Below are positions 16,835-25,017 of a stretch of 38,286 nucleotides of DNA, one piece after another. A program made the translations under genes and the position numbers. The stretch comes from Planctomycetota bacterium (GTDB taxonomy: Bacteria > Planctomycetota > UBA11346). Each line of letters starts with the position of its first letter. Within the stretch, counting starts at the first letter, position 1. A model generated the notes under the pieces. The model was not told where the DNA came from and did no database searches. It saw only the letters and a list, made by a program, of their open reading frames with translations. The stretch lies in contig JBBQSO010000050.1 of NCBI GenBank assembly GCA_038213805.1, forward strand, positions 1 through 38,286. Direction: 5' to 3'.

Positions 16835-18730
16835 ATGGCCGAGGATCCCCCTTCGCAGGACGACATCGACGCCATCATCGCCCAGGTCGCGGGCGGTGCC
16901 GCGCCGACGCCCCCGGCGCCCTCCGGGCCGCTGGGCCAGAGCGACATCGACGCCCTGCTCAATGAGGTCCAATCCGCGGTCGCCGGCGCCCCGCCCGTCC
17001 GGGCCATCCCCGCCGCTGCGCCGGTCCCCGCCGACTTCACGGCACCCGCCGTCTTGAGCCAGGGCGACATCGACGCGCTCATCGACGAGGCCAAGGGCAC
17101 GCCACCCGCCGCCGCGGTTCCTGCTCCCGCCACGGCTCCAGCCAGCTCGACGACCACCGCCCGCGCCGCCCAGGACGACATCGACGCGATCCTCAACGAG
17201 GTGCAGTCGGTGATGGGCGGGGCGCCCCCGGCCAGCCCCTCGAAGGCCAAGCCCGCGCTCGGCGCCACCATGCCGGCGGCCGACTCCACCGCGGGCATGG
17301 CGCAGACCGACATCGACCAGCTGCTCGCCGAACTCGGCGCCGGCGCGCCCAGCCCCCGCCCGTCGACCGCGACCGCGACGGTGGCGATGAGCGATCCGCT
17401 CGCCGCGACCGTGATCGCGCCCTCGCAGGGGACCACCATCGAGGCGCCGCTCAACATCCCGGGCGGCGCGCAGCCGACCCTGGCACTGAGCAGCGAGGAC
17501 CTCGACGCGCTGATGGACAAGCAGTCGGCGACCGCCAGCGACCACAGCGAAGCGCCGATGATCGATCAGGGCGACATCGACGCCCTGGTCAAGCAGCTCG
17601 CCAACGCCACCGGCGCGCCCGACACCCAGCGCATCTCCGCCGCGCTCGCCCAGCACGAGGGCGAGATCGGCAAGCTGCTCGACAACGGCAACCCCAACGC
17701 CACCACCGCGGACGCGGTCGACATCGGCAAGCTCACGCAGCGCATGTCGCCGGGCGCCTCCGGCATGGTGATGTCGCACTTCGGCCCGGGCGTGCCGGTG
17801 CTCGCCCCGCGCGAGCTCAAGGGCGCACGTTGGCTGCTCGCCGCCGGCGTGCTGCTGCTCGGCGTGTGTTCGACCACCCTGATCGGGGTGGTGCGGGCGA
17901 TCGACAAGCTGGCGCAGGAGCTGCACAGCAACCGTCCCCTCGAGGTGGCGCCGACCGACAGCTATGCCGACGATCTCAAGACCGCGCTCGCCATGCTCGC
18001 CTCCACCGACGAGGTCGAGGCGGCCAAGGGCGTGGTCTTCGTCGGCCGGCTCAAGCAGCGTCAGCCGGTGCACGAGGCCGAACTCGCGCTGATCCTGGCG
18101 CGCCACCACCGCGCCCACGGCCAGCACCGCAACGCGGCCCAGGAGTTCGCGGTGGTGCTCGACGGCGCGGGCACGCTCGACGATCCGCGCGTCCACCTCG
18201 AGTTCGCCGACAGCCTCAGCCAGCTCAAGGATTACGCCGGGGCGACCCGCCAGGTCTACATCGTGCTCGCCAACGAGGCTGCCTACGTCGCTGAGCAGGA
18301 TCGCCATGGTCTGGCGCGGCCCGCCGACGAACTGGCGCGCAACCGCCAGGCAGTGCAGGACGCCTATCTCGACCTCGGCCGCCTGATGACCTCGTCCTGG
18401 GAACAGAGCCGCGACACGCGCCTGGCCAAGCGTGAGCCGCGCGAGGAACACGGCAACGAGGCCGGGCACGCAGGGCACGCCGCGCCGGCCGGTGAGGGCG
18501 GTCACGCCACCGCCGCGCCGCACGAGGCCCAGGACGCTGCTGCGCATGGCGCCGCCGCCGGCCCGCGCGAGGAAGCCCCCGCCCACGCCGCATCTGCCGG
18601 CGCGGCTGAGGAGCATGCGCCTGGCGGCGGCGCGGCGGGTGCCGCACCGCCGCTCGCGCACGACGCCGCCCAGCCCGCACCGCAGGCCACCGGCCACGCG
18701 GCACCCGCCGCGACGCACGAGGGCCACTAG
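16835..18730 (+). CDS. Bitopic membrane protein with seven FliM-N/CheZ-C-like peptides, TPR-like domain and His/Ala-rich tail
   Basis: Repeats SQDDIDAII, GQSDIDALL, SQGDIDALI, AQDDIDAIL, AQTDIDQLL, SSEDLDALM and DQGDIDALV; TM WLLAAGVLLLGVCSTTLIGVV. Confidence 0.85.
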   Translation: MAEDPPSQDDIDAIIAQVAGGAAPTPPAPSGPLGQSDIDALLNEVQSAVAGAPPVRAIPAAAPVPADFTAPAVLSQGDIDALIDEAKGTPPAAAVPAPATAPASSTTTARAAQDDIDAILNEVQSVMGGAPPASPSKAKPALGATMPAADSTAGMAQTDIDQLLAELGAGAPSPRPSTATATVAMSDPLAATVIAPSQGTTIEAPLNIPGGAQPTLALSSEDLDALMDKQSATASDHSEAPMIDQGDIDALVKQLANATGAPDTQRISAALAQHEGEIGKLLDNGNPNATTADAVDIGKLTQRMSPGASGMVMSHFGPGVPVLAPRELKGARWLLAAGVLLLGVCSTTLIGVVRAIDKLAQELHSNRPLEVAPTDSYADDLKTALAMLASTDEVEAAKGVVFVGRLKQRQPVHEAELALILARHHRAHGQHRNAAQEFAVVLDGAGTLDDPRVHLEFADSLSQLKDYAGATRQVYIVLANEAAYVAEQDRHGLARPADELARNRQAVQDAYLDLGRLMTSSWEQSRDTRLAKREPREEHGNEAGHAGHAAPAGEGGHATAAPHEAQDAAAHGAAAGPREEAPAHAASAGAAEEHAPGGGAAGAAPPLAHDAAQPAPQATGHAAPAATHEGH

Positions 18731-20740
18731 ATGAACGCCCCCCGCCATCCGGGCGCCACCGCGCTGCTGCTGCTGCTCGCCGCCCCCGCCCTGCTGTCCG
18801 CCGCCGAGGTGGGGCCGCCCGTGCCGCTGCCGACCCTGCCGCCAGAAGAGCGCAGCATGCTGTTCGCACCGCCGGCGCAGCCCAAGCGTCCCACGGCGGC
18901 CGCCGTTCCCGACCAGCAGCAGGCGCTGATCGACGACATCAAGGCGCTCAAGGCGGCGGTCGGACGCGTGCGCGCGGTGCTGCCCAGGGACGTGGTCGCC
19001 GAGGCCGACGCCGCGACCACCCGCCAGGAGGCCGGCGCCGAGGGCGCCGGCGGCGGCGCGCGCACCCCCGACGGCCCGCCGCGCGAAGCGACCCGCCTGG
19101 GCACCGACCAGCTCGTCGTCCAGCGCTACAGCGATGGCAGCGCCGAGATCACCGCCACCATCGACCGCCAACCGCTCGACCTGATCATCAAGGAGCTGGC
19201 CCAGCTGCTCGGGCGCAGCGTCGACGACGCGCAGGCCACCGGTATGACGCGGCGCGTGTCGCTGAGCGTCAGCAAGCTCGCCACCGAGGACGCGCTCGAC
19301 CGCCTGCTCGGCGCGGCGGGGCTGGCATGGCGCGAAGAGGGGCCGGCGCGCACCCTGGTGCTCATCGACCCCGGCCAGCATCCGCTCAGCACCGAGCAGC
19401 TTGAACATCTCGCCGACCGCGCCCTCAACCGCGCCGCGCGCGAGCGTGGATCGCCCCAGGCCGCGCAGGCGCTCTTTCTGATCGCGCGGCGGCACGCCGT
19501 GGCCAAGCGCCAGGTCGAGGCCATGGGCCTGTACAGCACGATCGTCGAACAGTACGGCTCCAATCGCGATCCCGCGATCCGCCCGTGGGTGGCGCGCGCG
19601 GTGCGCGGCATCGGCGACGCGATGGTCCAGCTCGGCCAGTTCCGCGACGCGCGCGACGTCTACCTGAACTACATCAGCCGCGCCGGCGAGCAGGACGCCG
19701 AGCTGCCCGCGGTCTACCTCGCCGCTGCCGAGGCCGGGCGCCGCGCCGGGCTCGCCAAGAACGATCCGGTGGCCTTCGACGAGTCCGCCGACCTGCTGCA
19801 CAGCCTGCTCGAACGTTACGCCGAGTCGTCGCCCGCCGCCGCGCAGGTGCACGAGGCGCGCCTCGCCCTGGGCGAGTTGCTGGTCGACGCCGGGCGCTGG
19901 CAGGAGGCCGAGATCCAGCTCAAGCTGGTCGCCGCCGACGCCGGTGGCGCGGTCGGCGACCAGGTGGTGTTCTGGCTGGCCGAGTGCGCCTACCGCCTCG
20001 ACCATCCCAAGGAGGCCCAGCCCGGTTTCGCCAAGCTCTATGTGGCCTGGAAGGCCGGCCACACCGACCCGCAGGTCAAGGCCGCCGACTACGCCACCGC
20101 CGGCTTCCGCATCGGCCAGTGCTGGCTGATGGGCAAGGACCCGCAGTATGTGCGCGCGCTGTTCGCGCTGCTGCGCGCGCGCCAGGATTTTCCCAAGTCG
20201 CCGCTCGAGAGCGAGGTGCTGATCGCCATCGCACGCTGCTACGCCGAACTGCAGCGTGACGACGACACGGTCGCGGCGCTCGCCGACCTGCTGAAGAGCG
20301 AGGGCATCGCCGATCCCGCCAAGCGGCAGCTGTGGCTCGACCAGTCGCTTGAGGACCTTGGCAGCCACCTCGGCGAGTACAGCGGCCCGGTGCGCGCGAA
20401 GGTGCTGTTCTACATGGGCCAGGCGGACTACCGCCGCGCCCAGCGCGACCGCGCCCAACGCGAGACCGCGGCCAACGACGCGGTGCACCACTACGAACAA
20501 GCGCTGGCCGAGGGGCCGCCCAACGACCTCGCGCACGCCGCCCAGCTCGGCCTGGCGCGCGCCGCCCTGCTTGGTGGCCAGGAGGAGAGCGCGCTCAAGT
20601 CGCTCAAGGGCCTGCTGCGCGATCCCACCCTGGCGCCGCGCGACCGCGAATTCGCCGCTCAGTTGCTCGGCAACCACCTGCGCGACCAGGGTCGCTTCCG
20701 CGAGGCCATCCAGGCCTTCCGCGGGGAGGTGGCGGAGTGA
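18731..20740 (+). CDS. Exported TPR protein with an N-terminal STN/secretin-N-like domain
   Basis: Signal peptide; QPLDLIIKELAQLLG...VSLSV...EDALDRLLGAAGLAW; then many TPR-like helices. Confidence 0.8.
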   Translation: MNAPRHPGATALLLLLAAPALLSAAEVGPPVPLPTLPPEERSMLFAPPAQPKRPTAAAVPDQQQALIDDIKALKAAVGRVRAVLPRDVVAEADAATTRQEAGAEGAGGGARTPDGPPREATRLGTDQLVVQRYSDGSAEITATIDRQPLDLIIKELAQLLGRSVDDAQATGMTRRVSLSVSKLATEDALDRLLGAAGLAWREEGPARTLVLIDPGQHPLSTEQLEHLADRALNRAARERGSPQAAQALFLIARRHAVAKRQVEAMGLYSTIVEQYGSNRDPAIRPWVARAVRGIGDAMVQLGQFRDARDVYLNYISRAGEQDAELPAVYLAAAEAGRRAGLAKNDPVAFDESADLLHSLLERYAESSPAAAQVHEARLALGELLVDAGRWQEAEIQLKLVAADAGGAVGDQVVFWLAECAYRLDHPKEAQPGFAKLYVAWKAGHTDPQVKAADYATAGFRIGQCWLMGKDPQYVRALFALLRARQDFPKSPLESEVLIAIARCYAELQRDDDTVAALADLLKSEGIADPAKRQLWLDQSLEDLGSHLGEYSGPVRAKVLFYMGQADYRRAQRDRAQRETAANDAVHHYEQALAEGPPNDLAHAAQLGLARAALLGGQEESALKSLKGLLRDPTLAPRDREFAAQLLGNHLRDQGRFREAIQAFRGEVAE

Positions 20741-21513
20741 TGCGGCGTCCTGGCGGTTCGATCTTCAGCCGTTCCGCGTTGGTGGCCTGCGCGCTGCTGG
20801 TCTGCGGCATCGCGCGCAGCGAAGAGGATCCCGCACTGCCCGGGCTGGCGCCGTTGCCGCGGCTGGTGCCGCTGACCCCGGTGGCGGGGCTGCCGGAGCG
20901 CGACGATGCCGATGAGCGGCTGCTGCGGCGCATCGCCCAGCAGGCGCGCGAGCGCGAGCAGCGCATCGCCGAGCTGCTCGACGCGCACGGCGGGTCGCGC
21001 CCACCGCTCGCCGACACCTCTGCGCCCGAACTGGTCCGGCCGCGCAAGGACCGCGACCAGGCGTGGGCCGCACTGCAGGCCGCGCTGTTGAAGGCGCCCG
21101 AGCGCGCCCGCGCCCAGGGCGACCCGCTCGACGCCGGCACCGCGGTCAACCAGGCCCGCCAGGAACCGCTGATCTCCGCCGCCAACCAGCTGCACATTGC
21201 CGAGTGCTACCGCGACCTGGCGTCCGCACCGATGCCAGACGGCAAGGAGCTCGATACCGGGCTCGACGTGCTGGCAAAGCTCGACCCCGGTCTGCTCGCC
21301 GAGGCCGAGCGCCCGCGCTACCACTACCTGCACACCTGGTTCCTCGCCGAACAGGCGCGCCACGCCAGCGGCCCGGAACGCGCGCGCCTGCTGCTTGAGG
21401 CGCAGGCCGCGGCGCGCGAGCTGCAGGCGCGGCCCGACAGCGAGCTTGCTGCCGCCGCGCAGGCGCTGTTCATCGGCCTGACGCCATCGCCCGCCGAAGG
21501 AAGCGCCCCATGA
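20737..21513 (+). CDS. Exported helical hypothetical protein
   Basis: Signal-peptide-like N-terminus; 4-bp overlaps with both neighbours. Confidence 0.75.
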   Translation: MMRRPGGSIFSRSALVACALLVCGIARSEEDPALPGLAPLPRLVPLTPVAGLPERDDADERLLRRIAQQAREREQRIAELLDAHGGSRPPLADTSAPELVRPRKDRDQAWAALQAALLKAPERARAQGDPLDAGTAVNQARQEPLISAANQLHIAECYRDLASAPMPDGKELDTGLDVLAKLDPGLLAEAERPRYHYLHTWFLAEQARHASGPERARLLLEAQAAARELQARPDSELAAAAQALFIGLTPSPAEGSAP

Positions 21514-21878
21514 CCACCGACCTGCTTGCCGCCTGGTTGCGCGTCCAGGCCCTCTACGGCGAGCAGATCGTGCTGCTGCGCAGCGACCCCCCGGGGCTCG
21601 CCGGCGCGCAGGACTGCGCCACGCGCATCGAGCACGAGCTCGCCCTGCTCTCCGCCGCCGGCGAGCAGCCGGTGGCCGAGCCCGCGCAGCGCGCCCTGGT
21701 CATCGCCGCCGCGCACAAGGCCGAGGAGCTGCGCCAGCAGGCGCTGTCGCTGATGGCCGCCGGCCATCAGCGTCTGCAGAACCAGCGCATCACCCTGGAA
21801 CGGGCGAACACCGCACTGCGCGGCTACACGGGCGGCGCGCAGCCACCGGGCGCGCGATATCTCGACCGGAAACATTGA
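21510..21878 (+). CDS. FliT/FlgN-like flagellar export chaperone
   Basis: 122-aa helical protein ending ALRGY...RYLDRKH, like the C-termini of flagellar chaperones. Confidence 0.55.
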   Translation: MTTDLLAAWLRVQALYGEQIVLLRSDPPGLAGAQDCATRIEHELALLSAAGEQPVAEPAQRALVIAAAHKAEELRQQALSLMAAGHQRLQNQRITLERANTALRGYTGGAQPPGARYLDRKH

Positions 21879-21912
21879 ACGTTTCGCGCCTCACGCCCGC
21901 TGCGCAGCGGCC

Positions 21913-23268
21913 CTACTTGTAGGTGAGGTCGCTCACCAGCACCGTCTTGGTGAAGCCGATCCCGCCCTTGCTGTCGCTGACGCGGAAGACCACCGCGGGC
22001 GGCACGGCGGCGGTGTCGATGTCGAGGATGCCGAAATTGGCGCCGCCACTGTAACCGGCGGCGCGCAGCGGGTTGGGGGTGCGGTAGCCGGCGTTGTCGA
22101 TGCGCCCGGCGACCGGCGAGGTGCCGAGGTTGTAGAGCGGGTAGGCGTCCGGGCGGTCGAGCTTCTGCAGTTCGGCGAAGCTGCGGTCGCCCGAGACGAA
22201 GATCACGCCCGCGACGCGCTTGGCGGCGATGGCATCGAGGATCTGCGCGCGCTCCGCGGGGAACTGCGCGTAGCCGGGGAAGGCCACCTGCTCGCCGAGG
22301 AACTGGCAGCCCATCGCCACCACCTTGATGGCCGCGGTGCTGGTGGTCAGCTCGTGCACCAGCCAGGCGGTCTGCGCCTTGCCGAGCATGCCGCGCCGGT
22401 CGCGCGGCACGTCGTCGTTGTCGCGCCACGAACGGTCGTCCAACAGCAGCACCTGCACGTCGCCGCGCCGGAAGGTGCACCACAGCCCCTCGCTGCCGGC
22501 GCCGCCGTAGCCCGGGTTGGTCCACATCGCCTTGAACAGGCGCAGCGCGTCGCCTTTCAGCGCAAAGCTGGAGTCGCTGTCGGAAGCGCCGTAGTCGTGG
22601 TCGTCCCAAGTCGCGTAGCAGGCGGCGCAGCGCAGCAGCGACTGCAGCGGCTTGAGGCCGCGCAGTTCAAGGTGGCGGGCGGCCATGCGCGGCACCTCGT
22701 CCCAGTCGTCGGGCTCGTGCAGGGCGGTGCCCTTTTGGAAGATCGGCGCGTCGCCGAGGAAGAGCATGACGTCGGGCTTGGCCTCGGCGATGGTCTGCCA
22801 CACCCACTGCTGGCGGTCGAGGGCGGTGTTCGCGCCCGAGGCCAGGCCGATGCGCAGATGCTCGTGCTGGTCGAGGGCGGGCGCGGTGAGCAGGCTGAAA
22901 TTCTGCGGCTGGGTCTCGTCCGCGACCAGCACCTGCACGCTGTAGCGGGTGCGCGGCCGCAGTCCGCGCACCGTCACCGTGCCGGTGACCACACGGTTGC
23001 CGGCGCCGCCGTCGACCACCGCGGCGGTGGTGCCCTCGGCCTTGACCACGTCGCCTTCGGGGCTCTTGAGCAGCACCGCGATCGGCGCCGGCGCCGAGGT
23101 CGCCGCCCACAACGTCACGCTGGTGTCGGTGGTGTGCCCGGTCATCGGCCCCAGCACCAGGTGCGGGGCCGCGTCCTCGTCCACCGCCGTGGCCAGCCCG
23201 GGAGCCGCCAGGACTGCCCAGCCCGCCAGCGCCACGCCGCGCATCCACCAGGTCGATCGCTGCTGCAT
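21913..23268 (-). CDS. PhoD-like (alkaline phosphatase D family) metallophosphoesterase
   Basis: Signal peptide, FN3-like N-domain (GLRPRTRY), WDDHDY, LLDDRSWRD, MLGKAQTAWL and SGDR. Confidence 0.88.
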   Translation of the reverse strand: MQQRSTWWMRGVALAGWAVLAAPGLATAVDEDAAPHLVLGPMTGHTTDTSVTLWAATSAPAPIAVLLKSPEGDVVKAEGTTAAVVDGGAGNRVVTGTVTVRGLRPRTRYSVQVLVADETQPQNFSLLTAPALDQHEHLRIGLASGANTALDRQQWVWQTIAEAKPDVMLFLGDAPIFQKGTALHEPDDWDEVPRMAARHLELRGLKPLQSLLRCAACYATWDDHDYGASDSDSSFALKGDALRLFKAMWTNPGYGGAGSEGLWCTFRRGDVQVLLLDDRSWRDNDDVPRDRRGMLGKAQTAWLVHELTTSTAAIKVVAMGCQFLGEQVAFPGYAQFPAERAQILDAIAAKRVAGVIFVSGDRSFAELQKLDRPDAYPLYNLGTSPVAGRIDNAGYRTPNPLRAAGYSGGANFGILDIDTAAVPPAVVFRVSDSKGGIGFTKTVLVSDLTYK

Positions 23269-23367
23269 GGCGTGCTCCGCTGCCCCAGGATCGCCCCGCG
23301 GACCGGCAGGCAATGCCTGCTGTGGAGGACGACCGGCGGGTGTGACACCGGACAGGGGGCCGGACCG

Positions 23368-23402
23368 GCTGACGGCTGACGGCTGACGGCAGGCAGCTGA
23401 CG
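23368..23402. repeat. Short heptamer array (GCTGACG)x4 plus one variant, inverted relative to the 23488 array
   Basis: Read directly; its reverse complement CGTCAGC matches the TCAGCCG units downstream. Confidence 0.9.
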
Positions 23403-23487
23403 GCCCGGTGCTGATCCAGGAAGCGCAGCGCCAACCGGCCGCGACGTGTAGCTCTACGTGGTTTCACCACTGCCGCCCCCGTCGGAG

Positions 23488-23620
23488 TCAGCCGTCAGCT
23501 ATCAGCCGTCAGCCACCAGCCACCAGCCATCAGCCATCAGCCATCAGCCATCAGCTATCAGCTATCAGCTATCAGCCATCAGCCATCAGCCATCAGCCAT
23601 CAGCTATCAGCCATCAGCCG
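23488..23620. repeat. Heptamer array of 19 units TCAGC(C/T)(A/G), same family as 1-133
   Basis: Units TCAGCCA, TCAGCTA, TCAGCCG and CCAGCCA counted by hand. Confidence 0.97.
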
Positions 23621-23692
23621 CAGGCGGCCAAGTCGTCGGCCCCCTTGGTCTCGCGGCGCACCCCGCCATGCTGGGCGCCCCTGGAGCCCTCC

Positions 23693-24586
23693 ATGCCCGG
23701 ATTGCTCGATCTGGTCGGCAACACCCCGCTGCTCGACCTCTCCCATCTCGTCGGCCGTCCCGGGGTGCAGCTGCTCGCCAAGTGCGAAGGCAACAATCCC
23801 GCGTCGAGCGTCAAGGACCGCGCTGCCAAGGCGATGATCACCGGCGCCGTGCAGCGCGGTGAGGTGCGGCCCGGCATGCGCCTGATCGAGGCGACCAGCG
23901 GCAACACCGGCATCGCCCTGGCGATGATCGCCAAGGGCGTGGGCATCGAGATGCACCTCGCCATGCCCGACACCCTGACCGTCGAGCGCACCTTGACCAT
24001 GAAGGCCTTCGGCGCAGTCGTGCACCTGATCGACGGCGGCATCGAGGTGGCGCGCGACTGGGCCTTGGAGCAGGTGCGCCTGACCGCCGGCCGTCCCGAC
24101 GCCTTCCACATGCTCAACCAGTTCGCCAACCCCGACAACCCGCGCGGGCATTACGAATCCACCGGCCCCGAGATCTGGCGCGACACCGCCGGTACCGTAA
24201 CCCACTTCGTCTCGGCGATGGGCACCACCGGCACCATCATGGGCACCAGCCGCTATTTGAAGGAGCAGGATGCGCGCGTACGCATCGTCGGCTGCCAACC
24301 GGCGGAGGGCAGCTCGATCCCCGGCATCCGCCGCTGGTCGCCCGCCTACCTGCCGAAGTTTTACGAGCCCAGCCGCGTCGACCGCATCATCGATGTCAGC
24401 CAGGCCGACGCCGAGGCCACCGCGCGGCGCCTGGCGCGCGAGGCCGGCCTGTTCACCGGCCCCAGCTCGGGCGGCGCATGCTGGTCGGCGCTGCAGGTGG
24501 CCAGCGAGCTCGAGCGCGGCGTCATCGTGTTCATCGCCTGCGACCGCGGCGACCGCTACTTGTCGTCGGACCTGTTCGCGAAATAG
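23693..24586 (+). CDS. cysM: Cysteine synthase B
   Basis: VGNTPL, EGNNPASSVKDR (PLP Lys), EATSGNTG, MGTTGT, IPGIRRW and CDRGDRYLS; GGAG SD before the ATG. Confidence 0.95.
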   Translation: MPGLLDLVGNTPLLDLSHLVGRPGVQLLAKCEGNNPASSVKDRAAKAMITGAVQRGEVRPGMRLIEATSGNTGIALAMIAKGVGIEMHLAMPDTLTVERTLTMKAFGAVVHLIDGGIEVARDWALEQVRLTAGRPDAFHMLNQFANPDNPRGHYESTGPEIWRDTAGTVTHFVSAMGTTGTIMGTSRYLKEQDARVRIVGCQPAEGSSIPGIRRWSPAYLPKFYEPSRVDRIIDVSQADAEATARRLAREAGLFTGPSSGGACWSALQVASELERGVIVFIACDRGDRYLSSDLFAK

Positions 24587-24601
24587 CGGCGCCGTCCGTC
24601 C

Positions 24602-24844
24602 ATGCCCGTCACGCGCTGCGTCTGCTTCCGTGGCACCTTCCGCGCCCTGTTGGCGCGGGCCCGGGCGGAGGGCTGGACCACCGTCACGGAGATCGGCGCC
24701 GCGACCGGCTGCGGCAGCGGCTGCGGCGGCTGCCGGCCCTACCTCGCGGCGATGCTCGCCACCGGCGCGACCACCTTCGCGGTGCGCACGGGGGACGGGC
24801 CGCCAAGGCCATGCGCTCCGGAACCCTGGGATAACGTCGAATAG
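24602..24844 (+). CDS. BFD-like [2Fe-2S]-binding protein
   Basis: CxC near the N-terminus and TGCGSGCGGCRPY. Confidence 0.85.
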   Translation: MPVTRCVCFRGTFRALLARARAEGWTTVTEIGAATGCGSGCGGCRPYLAAMLATGATTFAVRTGDGPPRPCAPEPWDNVE

Positions 24845-25017
24845 GGTGCTCAGAGTGCGACAGCATTCGTACGCATGATGTACCAGCCCTGCCGCATCGG
24901 CAGATTGTACAACTCCAGGCCGCGCCGCCCGTACAACCAGCTCACCCTGCAGTGGTAGCGCTTTCACGCGAGGCCCACCCCGCCTCCGGCGCTCCCAGCT
25001 CTCAATTGGATACCCCT

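Noticed and set aside
16544..20677. 1377-aa minus-strand ORF
   Set aside because: Antisense shadow of well-formed plus-strand genes; such shadows are expected from GC-rich codon bias, and no motif is recognisable.
23408..23692. SAISHQP-repeat N-terminal extension of CysM
   Set aside because: It is the translation of the DNA heptamer array; CysM homology and an SD start at ATG 23693.
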